The translations under genes and the position numbers were made by a program. 64,000 nt of DNA from Eledone cirrhosa. Its lineage: Eukaryota. The DNA lies in NCBI GenBank assembly GCA_964016885.1, contig OZ024742.1:326244001-326308000 (forward strand), given 5' to 3'. Each line of letters begins with the position of its first letter. Position 1 is the first letter of the stretch. The notes beneath the pieces were generated by a model. That model did not search any database and had not been told where the DNA came from. It saw nothing but the letters and a program-made list of their open reading frames with translations. This document shows positions 25,180-40,240 of this stretch, piece after piece.

Positions 25180-26590
25180 CCGAGGGAATAAAAAAGAATG
25201 ATGTCAACTTCTGCGTGATTAAAAATCTCAGAGATACCATCCATGACACTGCATTGACGATTTTGGGGAAGAAGTGAAGAATGAGACATGACTTGTTTGA
25301 GGTGAGTGCGAATGAGCTCAATGCGACTGTGCAGGAGAAGCGCACTGCCCTGTTGAAGAACAAACACCAACTCACCAGAGCAACGCTGCGAGCATTGAGG
25401 TCAGCTTGGAACAACGAACAAAAGATTTCGAGATGCTGGGCAAACGACTACTGGTTACAGCTATGTGAAGGCATCTAGCAGTCATTTCACACAGATAACA
25501 TTCGGGGAATGTATGAGGGCATCAATAAAGCAATTGATCCAACCCAGAGCAAGACATTTCCATTAAAATCCAGAACAGGTGAAGTCATCAAAGGTAAAAG
25601 AGAGCAGTTGGAAACAGCATCACGGATAACACGCTAAATACATTGGAATACCATCCCGTCATGGAGGAGCTAGATGCATTATTGAATGCCGACGAAATAT
25701 GCAAAGTCATTGATGGCTTAACTGGTGGGAACGCACCAGGATCGGACGAAATCCTCCCAGAGGTCATCAGGTGTGCAAAGGCAGTGCTACTTAGCCACTT
25801 GTTGAAACTACTGTGTCAGTGCTGAGAAGGGACGGAACAGTCCCGCAAGACATGAGAGACTGCAACGTTGTCACCTTCTATAAGAACAAATGGGACAGAA
25901 GCGACTGCAGTAGCTACCGGGACATCTCGCTGCTAAGCATCGTGGCGAAGGTCTGTGCCCGTGTGTTCCTGGAGAGACTACAGAAAATCGCTGAGAGGGT
26001 AAACCCCGAACCTCAGTGTGGTTTCAGGTCAGAATGCTCCACCATCGACATGATATTCTCCCTTCGATTGTTACATCATTTCATCTACGACATGAAGGCA
26101 TTTGAGCTAGTTTGTAGCTAGGCTGTCCGCCATACTTCTCAGGACAGTCCAGTCGTTTCATGCAGATATGAAAGGTGTCGTTCAATTTGATGGCTCTTCA
26201 TCAGAGGCATTTAAAACATGCAGTAAAATGTAGCAGGGCTGTGTGCTAGCCTAAACCCTGTTTGGCATCATTTTCGCAGTCATGCTGAAATATGCATTAG
26301 GAACGTCAACTAAGTTGTCTAACTCAACACCAGATCAGACGGGAAGGTGTTTAGTCCGTCAAGGCTGAAAGCGAAATCCACGGTCCGTCAGGTTCTCATC
26401 AGTGAAATGTTTGCAAATGACGCAGCTATGGCAGGACACTCTGAGAAGCAAATGCAACACCGAATGAACAAACTCTGGAGGACCTGCCCGGAATTCAGCC
26501 TGGCCTTTAGACTGAAGAAAACCAACATACTGGACCAAAGTATCAAGCATCCTCCCACCCATCTCCATTAACAACTACAAGTTGGTCCAA
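25180..26590 (+). mobile_element. Decayed RTE-clade LINE (RT region)
   Basis: APGSDEILPEV, VPQDMRDCNVVTFYKNK.DRSDC.SYRDISLLSIVAKV, PEPQCGFR..STIDMIFSLR, QGCVLA, MFANDAA (FADD-like); many stops and frameshifts. Confidence 0.9.
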
Positions 26591-28189
26591 CACACAAGAA
26601 CACCTTCCAACACAATATGTGAATCAGAACACAACACATATACCACACATGATAGGACAGACAGCAGCGCAGAACTTTATATGGCATCACAACATAACAC
26701 CCATACGGCATGTTAATGTTCTAAAACAGCAGAACACCACACACCACCCTATATGTCACAACAATACAACACAGCAGTCGAAACGACACCACAACACATC
26801 ACATCATACAACACAACTGTGCAACATACCATAAGGCAACACATAAACAAGCAAGGATGGCTCCTGTAGTGTAGGTAGCCGGGCCACCTACAAGAGATAA
26901 AAGCCAAATAGTCCTCAATTCACTCCCTACTAATTTAGAAAATATTACGTTAGATATTGGAGTTTCGGGAACACGCTTCCTCAGAAAGAGGCGTGTAGGA
27001 TACAGTCGGAATTCCTTCTATCATAAATCTGCTCGCTTCATGACTGACGTAGGGTTTAACAACAATAAAAAACAAGGGTTAACGTAATGTAGCACACGAG
27101 TAAACGGTGGGACCTCTACGTTTTCGCATGGAGTGCTAGAAATAGTAACCAAATCTCCTTCTAGTAACACCATACAATTTTAAAAAAGAACATGTGCTGA
27201 AATTCCTACACCCATGAAAGAGAAAAAGTTACCGCGGCTAGAGCCCCACTGAACTGCGCGATCAGGATTGAAGCTAAGCAGAAAAAAAGAAGAAAAAAAA
27301 AACATTTAAAAAATAGTAATAATGCACCACATGATTCCCCGAGAAGGCCTTTACATAGTCGTTTGAGCTTGCTAGAAATAACACCCACTTCTCCGTGAAA
27401 CCACACTTGTCAATCTCAAAAAAGATTATCTATAATATCCTTCCCTGGTTTCACATACACCGAGGGAAAATAAGATATGGTCACAATTTGAATGACTTTG
27501 AACCTAAGTTTGCTCAATCAAGGATGACCTAGGGCTAAAGAAAAATAACAATATTTCACAACAACAACAACAACACTAACAAACGCAGAATAAATAACAG
27601 AACATTATAAGTTGATCAGCTACCTCAGTGTTAACAACAACCACATTTAAGCACAACCGCAAGTTTAATAGATGCCGCTGTAACATAAACAAACATCACA
27701 CCACGGCTGAACACAATGATCCTCACTACACTAGACCGTTCTAGAGCTCACAACAACACGCCGCCGCACCACACAACACTTCCACAATACTAAGATTGAT
27801 AATGACCACACCATATGACGACATCACAACGTTACGCGCCAAAGTCACAAATCTCGCCTCCTCTCACTATTATAGTAGCTACCAAACGCTGAAAGCTTAG
27901 TAGCCGCGCGTGTGTGTGAGTGGGAGTCTGTCAGTATGTGCGAATATGTGTACATATATATGTGTGAGTGACTGTGTTTATAAGCATACATATATGCGTT
28001 CGTATGTGTGCGTGTGAGGCGCAAGTGTGTGTATGTGAGTGTGTGTCAGATAGAGGGCAGAACATCAACAGTAGTAATAACACAAACAAAAACACAGAAA
28101 CTACAATAAACTACAAAAACAACACCAACGTCCACACAAACAACACTAACACACTAACAAGCAACACAACAGCAACAAAAAACAGCATC

Positions 28190-28311
28190 AGTTACAGCAG
28201 CAGGCGTGGCAGTTAACAGCAACAACAGCAGCAACAGTGGCAGTAAGTAAGCAAAGCAGCTGCTACTTACGGAAGCAACGACGACGGCAGCAACAATAGC
28301 AAGAACAGCAG

Positions 28312-28349
<38 letters not shown>

Positions 28350-28460
28350 AGAGCAGCAGCAGCTGCCTGTTACGACAGTAGGTATTAGTTTCGCCGGGAG
28401 AGGTACTGGCCTAGCCGTCGCCGCCGCACCACCGCCGTCACCGCCGCCGCCGCTTGTTGC
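28190..28460. repeat. (CAG/CAA)n and (GCC)n low-complexity tract
   Basis: Direct inspection. Confidence 0.85.
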
Positions 28461-28573
28461 AGCAGGGAAACTTTTAATACAAATATTACACACAGGTAGT
28501 TATAGCAGTTCTTGTTACATTTTATTATTTATTTTTCAACGTGTATACACACACACAAACACACATACACACG

Positions 28574-28691
<118 letters not shown>

Positions 28692-28757
28692 CATATATAG
28701 AGATGTATATATATATAGAGATGTAGATATAGATATAGATATATATACATATATAGA

Positions 28758-28815
<58 letters not shown>

Positions 28816-28846
28816 CATACATATATAGAGATGTAGATATAGATCT

Positions 28847-28888
<42 letters not shown>

Positions 28889-29235
28889 TGAAAGAGTCGT
28901 GAGATATATGCAAGTATACATGATGGCATATACATTTATATATATATAACATTTATATAAATATACGTACATATGCACGGCCATGAATATCTGATTTAGA
29001 AGTTCGATTTGCATTCACGTGTTTTCTGTTCGATCCCTCTTCGATTTAGTTTGGATTTCTGTATCATACACTAGCCACGAGTTGACCATTATCTAGAATG
29101 ACGAAGTTGGAAGTCTAAAAGTGTGTAGAAGTCCATCATCTATGTTTGTGTTAGGGAAAATGTGTTTGCGTATGTCTGTCTACTGACAAACATACAAGCA
29201 CGTATGGATACTTATCTATCTATCTATCTATCTAC

Positions 29236-29276
<41 letters not shown>

Positions 29277-29360
29277 GACCTATCTATCTATCTTTCTATC
29301 TCTATCCTCACACAACACTATATGTATATATACACACCCCCATACAATATATATATATAT

Positions 29361-29575
29361 ATAATTATATATAGATATGTTGACCCTGTGATGTACAGGC
29401 GAAACTCCAGAGTTAGAAGACTCAACTATTTAGCCTTAATAAAATGTATATATATATATATATATATATATGGATGTATATATATATATATACATTTTAT
29501 TAAGGCTAAATAGTTGAGTCTTCTAACTCTGGAGTTTCGCCTGTACATCACAGGGTCAACATATCTATATATAAT

Positions 29576-29580
<5 letters not shown>
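29361..29580. repeat. Perfect inverted duplication of a half-HHR fragment around a (TA)n spacer
   Basis: About 87-bp arms (29361-29447 / 29492-29580) with no mismatch seen; contains CCTGT..ACAGG-C-GAAACTC-CA-GAGTT. Confidence 0.85.
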
Positions 29581-29608
<28 letters not shown>

Positions 29609-29974
29609 TATACATACGATTGTGCTTCCATATACGAGAATGCCGACCGCGCTGTCACGAACCCTATATGACGTTTAGAATATATAACGACGCCACTCGC
29701 CACATCATATATCACCGCCTCAGCCACCATAACTATTAGGAATTCCACATTCTAGAATTGCCCATTACACTTTAATAAAATACGAAATAAAAAAGAAGTG
29801 AGAACACACTGGAAAGTAAGCGATATAACCGGGATATACTGTGAGCAACCACCTACTATCAATAACTTTGACAGTGAGTTTCTCTACCATGCTAGTCGTC
29901 TTATCTGTCTATCTATCTTTCGAGCGGACAAGGTTTCCCCCACCCCCCTCTCTCTCTCCGCTTCTGTTCCCCCC

Positions 29975-30006
<32 letters not shown>

Positions 30007-30079
30007 ATGTCTATAACTACAGATAGATGTGGCTGCGATAACGTGTGTGCGCCTTTACAGACAAACACACAAACATGTG

Positions 30080-30123
<44 letters not shown>

Positions 30124-30125
<2 letters not shown>

Positions 30126-30241
30126 AAAAAGTATGACGCCGACACTGTCATACTTTTTCCTATTACCCACTCTACTACCCTAAGTATTGAGTACTCTGGT
30201 GCGTTATGGTCCATCTGGTTCCTTACCTCACTTCCTTCGTT
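30124..30241 (+). mobile_element. Family P, shortest palindrome + tail
   Basis: GGAAAAAGTATGAC..GTCATACTTTTTCC followed by the family tail. Confidence 0.75.
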
Positions 30242-30343
30242 ATATATATATATATATATATATATAGTGAGAGAGCAAGAGATATAGATAGATAGTTAAA
30301 GATATTCGTATATATATATGTATATATATATATATATATATAC

Positions 30344-30417
<74 letters not shown>

Positions 30418-30418
30418 A

Positions 30419-30532
<114 letters not shown>

Positions 30533-31028
30533 GATAGATTAGAATGATTTATATATACATATATATAGACGCGCAAACACAAACGCTAATTCACCCACAC
30601 ATTTTTGCGCCTAAATATATATATTTAAAGCTCTCTTTTTGAATGAATATATTTAAATCTTTATATGGTATTTATTCTCTCTCAGTTTTCCTTCATCGCT
30701 AACTCAATGTAGGAAAACGTACACAAGTATATCTATCCTTCTCTCTATGTATACGACTAGTTATACAATTTCCAACAAACTATGAGTCTATCAGTCTGAA
30801 TATCGGTAAAATATGTGTAAGTAATATGTATATATGTATGCATGTATTTATGTATGTATGTATGTATGTATGTATGTATGTATGTATGTTTGTATGTATG
30901 TATGTATGTAAGAATGTGCATGTGTATGCATGTATGTATGTTTGTATGTATGTATGTATGTATGTAAGAATGTGCATGTGTATGCATGTATGTATGAAGT
31001 TATGTAGGTATGTATGTATGCTTTTATG

Positions 31029-31062
<34 letters not shown>

Positions 31063-31211
31063 TATATATATATATATATATATATGCAGAGGTTATATCT
31101 AATTTTTTGGGATTCAACAAGCTTAAATATTTTTTTATATAACTGATATAAAGCACTCAACAGTTTTTTTTTCGGGTATGTCAATATCTATTTATAAAAC
31201 AAATCTTTTTT

Positions 31212-31268
31212 TTTATCTGATGAAAGCGCACCATAATTTGCCTTGGTTGCCCTTGAAATATGTATAAT
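31212..31268 (+). ncRNA. HHR-like core (homolog at about 40960-41015)
   Basis: CTGATGA or CTGAGGA, AAG..CTT stem II, GAAAT; register of stems I and III ambiguous. Confidence 0.45.
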
Positions 31269-31312
31269 GAAATAATTATGGTTTTATAGTTATAGTTTCC
31301 ATTTATTAATAT

Positions 31313-31409
<97 letters not shown>

Positions 31410-31414
31410 GTATC

Positions 31415-31490
<76 letters not shown>

Positions 31491-31504
31491 TATATACATA
31501 TATC

Positions 31505-31535
<31 letters not shown>

Positions 31536-31574
31536 TGAATTTGATAACGAGTAAACTACTTAAGACGTGTTTCT

Positions 31575-31932
31575 GTGTGTATATATGTGTGTCTGTGTAT
31601 GTGTGTATGTGTGTATGTGTTTGTAAGTGTGTATGTAAATGTGTGTGTGCATGTGTGTGTACGTGTGTGTGTGTATGTGTGTGTGTGTGTGCGTGTGTGT
31701 ATGTGTGTGGGGGGTGTAGGTGGGGGGGTGTTGGTGTGCGTGTGTGTCTGTTTGTGTGTGGGGGGTGTATGTGTGTGGGTTTGTGTGTGTTTGTGTGTGT
31801 GTATGTGTGGGTGGGTGTGTGGGTGCGTGGGTGGGTATGGGTGTGTGAATGTGGGTGTTGGGGGGGGGGGGGTATGGGTGGCGGGGGGGTATATGTGTGT
31901 GTGTGTGTGTGTATGTATGTGTGTTTGTGTGT

Positions 31933-31966
<34 letters not shown>

Positions 31967-32150
31967 GTGTGAATGTGTGTGTGTGAGTGTGTGTGTGTGT
32001 GTGTGAGTGTGTGTGTGTGAGTGTGTGTGTGTGAGTGTGTGTGTGTGTGAGTGTGAGTGTGTGTGTGTGTGTGTGAGTGTGTGTGTGTATGTGTGTGTGT
32101 GTGTGTGTGTGTGAGTGTGAATGTGTGTGTGTGTGTGAGTGTGTGTGTGT

Positions 32151-32187
<37 letters not shown>

Positions 32188-32192
32188 TGTGA

Positions 32193-32248
<56 letters not shown>
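31575..32248. repeat. Long compound (TG)n microsatellite
   Basis: Direct inspection; representative of dozens of TA, CA, GA, TACA and GATA arrays in the window. Confidence 0.95.
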
Positions 32249-32249
<1 letters not shown>

Positions 32250-32663
32250 AGTGTGATAGGCAAGGGAATCAGGAATGTACCCTAGCCCACCCTTCCATAC
32301 GCTAAAACTTAAACAAATATTTGTGAAAATGGTGACGGTGACGGCGACACGAATGACGTCGACGTCAACGTTGATTGTGGCACTGATGATGGCGGTGGTA
32401 GTGGTGGTGGTGGTGATGATGATGATTATGATGATGATGATGATGATGGTGATGATGGTGATAATGATGATGATGATGATGATGGTGATAATGATGATGA
32501 TGATGATGAGTGGGTAGATGTGAGGATGAAGATAATGGCGGAGGTGTTATAACTTGTTGCAACTGCTGTCGTTGATCTCCTTGGACACGAACTGGCATTT
32601 CGTAACCACAAGATTTCTTTCATACATACACACACATTTATATGTACACACACACATTTATAT

Positions 32664-32748
<85 letters not shown>

Positions 32749-32824
32749 TGAATAAATACGTTCATCTACAGATACATGCATACATATATACATAAAAATA
32801 TACATATATGAATACATACGTACG

Positions 32825-32878
<54 letters not shown>

Positions 32879-33228
32879 CATACACACATACACACATACA
32901 TACATACATACATACATACATACATACATACAAACATATATATATACATATATACATACATACAAAAACATGCATTCAAACGAAAGACAGGCACACATAT
33001 TCATAATTATATAACCCTGCATTTAGCTGCGCATATATACATACACCTACGTATACCTACATATACCTACACATACACACACACATACATATATATATAA
33101 ACATATATACAGATATTCATAAAATCATATAGATATACATATCTACATACAATCATACATATATACATATATACATACATACATACAAACATACGTACAT
33201 ACATATATATATGCATATATACAGACAT

Positions 33229-33307
<79 letters not shown>

Positions 33308-33359
33308 ATTGAATGAATGTCTGTATATATATATATTATATATATATATATATATATAT

Positions 33360-33521
33360 TTCGTTTCTGAATTTGTTTAGCAAGATTCTTTATCTGAAAT
33401 CGTGTGTTGAAACCGATATTGTTATACTTTGGGAGGGTCATGTTGCCAATAAATTGAAGTGAAAGCAACTGGTGCGTGTGTTTCTTATTGGCAACATGAC
33501 CCTCCCAAAGTATAACAATAT
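33360..33521 (-). mobile_element. Mirror arm + tail insertion
   Basis: Perfect inverted repeat of about 36 bp, ATATTGTTATACTTTGGGAGGGTCATGTTGCCAATAA (33417-33452 / 33485-33521), with an unduplicated extension on the left; (TA)n flanks. Confidence 0.65.
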
Positions 33522-33576
33522 ATATATATATACATGTATGAATGTCTGTATATATATGTATATATATGTATGTCTG

Positions 33577-33660
<84 letters not shown>

Positions 33661-33687
33661 CAGACATACATATATATACATACACAT

Positions 33688-33718
<31 letters not shown>

Positions 33719-34187
33719 CATACATACACACATATATACATGCATACATACATACATACATGTTTGCAGTCTACGCTCATGCCATGAACATACACCCCCC
33801 TCACATGCAAAACACTCATCACATTCATACGCACATAGACAAATACACACACTCACACATACAAACACAAACATACACACACAGACACATACACACAAAT
33901 ACAAACACAGAAACAAACACACAAACATACACACACGCAGACACACACACAGAAACACATAAAGGCATATTATTAAAAACTTTTCGTACTTCTACAAAGT
34001 TACATACATGGGTGGTATTCTTACACACACAAACAGCTCCTCAAACATAAGTTAGGGGGAAAATACACACATACATGAACACACATTCGCAGACTTACAT
34101 AGATACATACATATGCACATACATAAATACATACATACATATGTACATATATACATGCATGATGGCTACCTCCTCGTTATCGAGTAT

Positions 34188-34380
34188 GGGGTGGATTGGC
34201 AGTATTGGAAGAGGGTCGGACGCCATGCTTTGACGCATAGAGTTACGGCCCTTGCCATTCTGAGTTCAAATCCCGCCGAGGTTAACTTTGCCTTTCATCC
34301 TTACGGGGTCGATAAAATAAAGTACCAGTAATACACTGGTTAATTTGCTGGCCTGGTGCCTAACGCAGAAACAAGTAATT
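34188..34380 (+). mobile_element. SINE
   Basis: Head plus core match the main family. Confidence 0.9.
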
Positions 34381-34442
34381 ACACACATACATGAACATTC
34401 ACATTCACATACTTACATAGTACATACATACATACATGCATA

Positions 34443-34640
34443 CATGGTGGCTGCCAACTCGTTTTCGAGTACGGCCACTACTTTATATCCATGTAGGAGA
34501 ACCCCTACCGATGCGCTGAACGAGTGTGACTTTTTAGTCCAGCCAGCGACTTGAAAACTCTGGTACAAACACTACACTTGTGACAATTATTGACACATAG
34601 TGCTTTGCCTTTGGTACCATGTGACGACAAGTGCAGAGAG
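34443..34640 (-). mobile_element. RTE-like LINE extreme 3' end with C2H2 finger
   Basis: HKCSVCTRVFKSLAGLKSHTRSAH* followed by a short UTR running into (TATG)n. Confidence 0.6.
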
Positions 34641-35094
34641 ATACATACATACGTACATACATACATACATACATACATACATACATACATGTATATATAC
34701 ATACATACGTACATACATACATACATGTATATATACATACATACATACATACATACATACATACATACATACATACATACACATATACATACGTATATTC
34801 ATACATACATACGTACATGCATGCATACATACGTACATACATACACACATACACACACACACACATACATACACACATACATACATACATACACACATAC
34901 ATACATACATACATACATACATACAACATACATACATACATATATACATACATACACATTATCTGTACTCACATTATACTACAACACTCCCAAGAAACAC
35001 TTGGCATATCTCAGGCACTTGAGCTGGATACAAACTGTTCATAACTATGGAGACCACTCTGCTCACCTCTCTCTCTCGCTCATAAGCATAATTA

Positions 35095-35150
<56 letters not shown>

Positions 35151-35303
35151 CGTGCGTGTGTGTGTGTGTGTGTGTGTGTGTAGAATCCTGACAGTTGCGA
35201 ATGAGATTTGACATATCTCTATACCCATTCTGCATCTCCCCGTGCATCGAGTACTCCCTTGATTATAGTCTCCCCGATGTCAGCACCAGAGATTCTCTCT
35301 CTC

Positions 35304-35334
<31 letters not shown>

Positions 35335-35385
35335 CCCTATCTCTCTCTCTCTCTCTCTCCCCTCTCTCTCCCTCTCTCTGTACAC

Positions 35386-35466
<81 letters not shown>

Positions 35467-35797
35467 TATATACATATGTATATAAATATATATACAAATT
35501 AAGATTCAGCGAGAATCGCATTTTTGGCGGGCAGGAAAAGCGAAGCGAAATGCAAAAAATCAGAAATGATACTGGCAAAGTGCTCAATAGTTAAAAACCA
35601 GAGCAAAACGAAAGAGCAAAAAAGAAAGCATTAACCACCCAAGCCTAAAACCAAATCAAGCTAAACAGGTCAAAACAAAATAAATGATAAAGAATAAGTA
35701 TACATATATATGTATCCATCTATCTATCTATCTACACATATATATATAAATGAAGTAACAGGAGGCTGGACTGGTGTAAATCCTTGAAAGGTTTATT

Positions 35798-35855
35798 ATA
35801 CTATGATCATTTCAATGGCCGGGTTCCATATGAATCCGGTGATATCATCAGGTAT
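35798..35855 (-). ncRNA. Type I hammerhead ribozyme
   Basis: ATAC-CTGATGA-T..(CCGG/CCGG)..T-GAAA-TGATCA-TA-GTAT; palindromic stem III ATGATCAT. Confidence 0.7.
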
Positions 35856-35963
35856 TGGTATATAACAAAGGAATATGTAAAAAGCCATGGGTCCGAAAAA
35901 ACATGGGTCCGAGAAACCAGAGACAGAGAGGGCGGCTTACCAACTAGCTTCACAGCCAGCCGC

Positions 35964-36081
<118 letters not shown>

Positions 36082-36142
36082 GAAAAATATGGGGAGAAGA
36101 ATACTGCATGGTTGCACATGGATTACATGTTATAAAATGAGT

Positions 36143-36210
36143 CCCTCATCAGTGATTTGCCAACGATCATTGGTATTTCATCGCATTAAAAATCATATAC
36201 CTCACGTTGG
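36143..36210 (-). ncRNA. Candidate non-circularly permuted hammerhead ribozyme, family B
   Basis: CCAACG-TGA-GGTAT-A-TGATTT-TTAATGCGAT-GAA-ATACC-AATGAT-CGTTGG-C-AAATCA-CTGATGA-GGG. Confidence 0.65.
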
Positions 36211-36709
36211 TGCGACAATAACTAAAATAAGTTATTGGGACAATTGAAACGCGTAAAGCGAGTGAGACAAGTAAACAACACAGGGGAAAGCTAACCGAAG
36301 ATGGAAAGAAACACAAGCAACATGGTTATTCTGTCAGTATAAGCTGGGTGAATACATGAGCGAGTAAGAAACAGACCTATCGCTAGTGAATTAGGCATGC
36401 ATGTTTGCTCCCGTATTACCCCCAGACAGTCGTAGGAACACCGTTTTGACATACGGCGTTTCTAAGGGATTTTTTAAACCTGGCAGAGCCCATCTCTCCA
36501 TAACTTAATACAGCAGTAGAGAGATTGAGAGAATGGAAGGGAGAAGTAGATGTAGAGGAAGAATTGACCCCAGTACCTCACTGGTACATTTTGTATCGAC
36601 CTTCAATAGATGAAAGACAAAGTTGACCTCACATGTAAATTTATATATATATATATGCTCATAGAAATATACACACCAACAGACACACAAACACTAACTC
36701 ACACACAAA

Positions 36710-36759
<50 letters not shown>

Positions 36760-36898
36760 TGAACACGAAACAACCAAACATCATTCACCGAAACTCAAAC
36801 TTTGTTCGATTTTTGCATGTTCAATTTGTGTTCTCTTATTTCTTTTAATTCCTTCCTCTTGTCGCTTACTTTCTGAAGCTTGCTTTAATTATAGCGAC

Positions 36899-36955
<57 letters not shown>

Positions 36956-36957
<2 letters not shown>

Positions 36958-37089
36958 AACGAGTAGGACCCTGACGGCTTGAGCTCAGCCGTCGGGGTCC
37001 TACTCGTTCCTATTACCCACTCTACTACCCTAAGTATTAAGTACTTTGGTGCGTTATGGTCCACCTGGTTCCTTACCACATTTCCTCCG

Positions 37090-37092
<3 letters not shown>
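36956..37092 (+). mobile_element. Family P palindrome + tail
   Basis: Palindrome 36956-37010 centred on the stem III loop TGAGCTCA, then the family tail. Confidence 0.75.
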
Positions 37093-37186
<94 letters not shown>

Positions 37187-37225
37187 AGAACTGGATATAT
37201 ATAGCTATATATAGAGAGAGAACTG

Positions 37226-37410
37226 TATTCGCAATCGTGAGGTTGTGAGTTCGATTGCCGGACCAGGAGATGCGTTATGTCCTTGAGCAAGACACTTTAT
37301 TTCACGTTGCTCCTTCTACCTGAAGTTGCGACAGATAGATAGTATTAGCAATTGGAAAGACCAATGGAAACATTGTTTCCTCGGTTCGATTTGACAAACG
37401 TCGATCGTTT
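37226..37410 (+). mobile_element. Second tRNA-derived SINE family, 5'-truncated
   Basis: Nearly identical to 38885-39096. Confidence 0.8.
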
Positions 37411-37948
37411 ATCTTTCCCATCATCATCACCATACTCATCATCATCATCGTTTAACGTCCATCTTCCACGCTAGCATGGGTTATATATATATATGTTTAT
37501 AACGTATGTGTGTGAGTGAGTGGCATTGTGTTTGTATGCGTAAATCACACTAGACACTAAGTAAAACATACTGTAGGCTGCTGTGTGTATGTGAGTGTGT
37601 TTGGGCGGGGGAGTTCTTTTCCTCGTAATTCGAGTTTCAGGCCACCGCGATCTTTTACTGAGAACTATCATCATTCGGTATTCGGGTTAATTCGGGTTAA
37701 TTGTCGCCCGAAAATGGGATTGGCGGCACGGAATTGGAGTCTCAAAAGACTCAATTAATATTATATGAATTATATTGTAAACCAATGTTTCTGAAAGGGA
37801 GTTGCAGTCACTGCAGAAAGGCGTTGAGTATCAGAGTGTCTTATGGGAAGGAATAATGTATACAAGATCAGAGTCGATGAACTAAAGTCATTTGTCATTT
37901 CTAGAAAAAAAAATGACGAACTGTTACATTTCAACATATATACGGGCG

Positions 37949-38011
<63 letters not shown>

Positions 38012-38135
38012 TAATCCCAACTAATAGACTAATTTTATTTAGTCAAATATGGTGTGAGCACATGTTACTACCAAATTTTCAAATTCGCTAGCTGTTTCAA
38101 AACAAAGCCTGCTTTGTGTCTCCTTATTTATACTC

Positions 38136-38299
<164 letters not shown>

Positions 38300-38342
38300 C
38301 AGCTATGACTATATAGCTACTAATTGAATGGAATGAATTATG

Positions 38343-38590
38343 GGTGGCGTGTTCGTGTAATGGTTGCGCATTAATCCGGCAAACCAAAGATGTGGGTTCA
38401 TGTCCCTCGTACGTCAATACCCATCTTTTTTTTCCATTCAGAGGTTATTTTTTTTTAATCCCAATTAACGGACTAATTTTATTTAGTCAAGTATTGCGTA
38501 AGCACATGTTACAAGCTGATTTTCAAATTCGCTACCTGTTTTCAAAACAAAGCCTGCTTTTTGTCGTTTCATTCCTTTCCATTTATAGTT
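38343..38590 (+). mobile_element. tRNA-headed repeat; 3' part duplicated at 38012-38130
   Basis: A-box-like GTGTAATGGTT and B-box-like GGGTTCATGTCCC; TAATCCCAA.TAA..GACTAATTTTATTTAGTCAA block occurs twice. Confidence 0.5.
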
Positions 38591-38704
38591 TTCGGTATGC
38601 CCGGCCGACTAACTCACTCGATATGCAAATTAGGCTGCTCAGCCGTTAATATGCATAAAGAAAGTATATATATTCAGACGTTCAATCATCTGACAGAAAG
38701 GTAT

Positions 38705-38747
38705 ACGATACTGACGATAGCTAATAAGCTTGAAACTAGTACATCGT
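38705..38747 (+). ncRNA. Minimal type I hammerhead ribozyme
   Basis: ACGAT(A)-CTGACGA-T-AGCT-AATA-AGCT-T-GAAAC-TA-GTA-(C)ATCGT; palindromic ACTAGT. Confidence 0.7.
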
Positions 38748-38884
38748 TCCTGTGTCAGTATTGAACAAAAGGGCGACGATGGTTTCCGAGCACTGTACGG
38801 CGTAATTCGGGCTGTTTGTTTACAAACAAACCGAACATTATAATAAATGTTCGGTAAACCCATACGTACATATATATATATATA

Positions 38885-39096
38885 GGCGTGTGGCTGATTG
38901 GTTAGAGCATTGGATTCGCAATCGTAAGGTTGTGAGTTCGATTCCTGGACCAGGCGATGCGTTATGTCCTTGAGCAAGACACTTTATTTCACGTTGCTCC
39001 TTCTACCTGGAGTTACGACCGATAGATAGTATTAGCAATTGGAAAGACCAACGGAAACATTGTTTCCTCGGTCCGATTTGACGAAAGTCGATCGTT
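38885..39096 (+). mobile_element. Second tRNA-derived SINE family, full length
   Basis: TGGCTGATTGGTTAGAGC A box, GAGTTCGATTCC B box, TGTCCTTGAGCAAGACACTTTATTTCAC core; degenerate relatives at about 43250-43500 and 46430-46690. Confidence 0.85.
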
Positions 39097-39426
39097 AAGG
39101 ATATGTGTGCATATATGTATATATATACATACTACTGTGCGTCTGTACACATATATGTATGTACGTATACATACTTATATACATATATATATTTATAAAC
39201 CTGTTCCATCTATAACTCTTTTTGAAGTTTTGGAATTTATGCTTATGCGTGGGTGCGTACGTGCTTGACAATAGGTTTAAAACCATTGGATTGTGCGTGT
39301 TTGCAAATGTGGGTATTTCCTGCCCTTCTCTCTGTAAGCTGTAAGCTGTCAGTTATTCTCTATATTCTATGAAACAATCCATTCAAATTATTTTTCTCCA
39401 CTCCTTAGTATATTTTGCCTTACATT

Positions 39427-39607
39427 ATTGGCAATATCAGTAGAGGGTTGGACGCCATGCTTTCTAGCATAGTTACATCCCTTTACATTCTGAGTTCAAA
39501 TCACGCCGAGGTTAACTTTGCCTTTCATCCTTACGGGGTCGATAAAATAAAGTACTAGTAATGTACTGGATAATTGCTGGCCTTGTGCCTAAAGTAGAAA
39601 CAATTAT
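39427..39607 (+). mobile_element. SINE (main family)
   Basis: Core match. Confidence 0.9.
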
Positions 39608-39665
39608 ATATATATACATATACATACACAGGCACAAAAACACACGCACACACACACGCACATAG

Positions 39666-39748
<83 letters not shown>

Positions 39749-39985
39749 CACACACTCATATATATATATATATATTGCTTGGTAAACTCAAATCTGTGAT
39801 GAAGGTTCTGGTGCACTTAATCTCTGAATGCATAAGACTATGTGTCATTAGTCAGTGAAGTAACTCTGTAGTGCTCCTTCCACTGCAACACGATAGCTAC
39901 TTTGAGTCACCCACCGGTGTAGTCGCCAAGATCTAGGACATTCTCTCTCTCTCTCTCTCTCTCTCTCGCTATGTACATATATATG

Positions 39986-40240
39986 TAGTGAAATAAAATA
40001 GCAAGGACGATTGTATTTACAGAGTCGGGGTAGTGGATGCAGATCGAAGATTGAGCTGATCAGTGGCGAAACGCGCGTCACCAATTAATAAACATAATGA
40101 AGGAGTAACCAATCGTCCTTGCTATTTTATTTCACTATAATACACTCTGTATAGCTCTACACCTCGACACTGAAGTGAACTTAAACATCGAGTGCTCACC
40201 CGGGTGAACCTACAGTAACTCCAAGTTACACTCCCTGGAT
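39986..40240 (+). mobile_element. PLE-like mirror arm + half-HHR + tail
   Basis: 28-bp inverted repeat TAGTGAAATAAAATAGCAAGGACGATTG; GAAAC-GCGC-GTC; tail of about 100 nt with hairpin at 40144-40193. Confidence 0.7.

Noticed and set aside
38343-38420. Functional tRNA gene (also 880-955 and 38885-38960)
   Set aside because: A and B boxes are present, but cloverleaf stems are poor and each continues into repeat body; these are SINE heads or pseudogenes.
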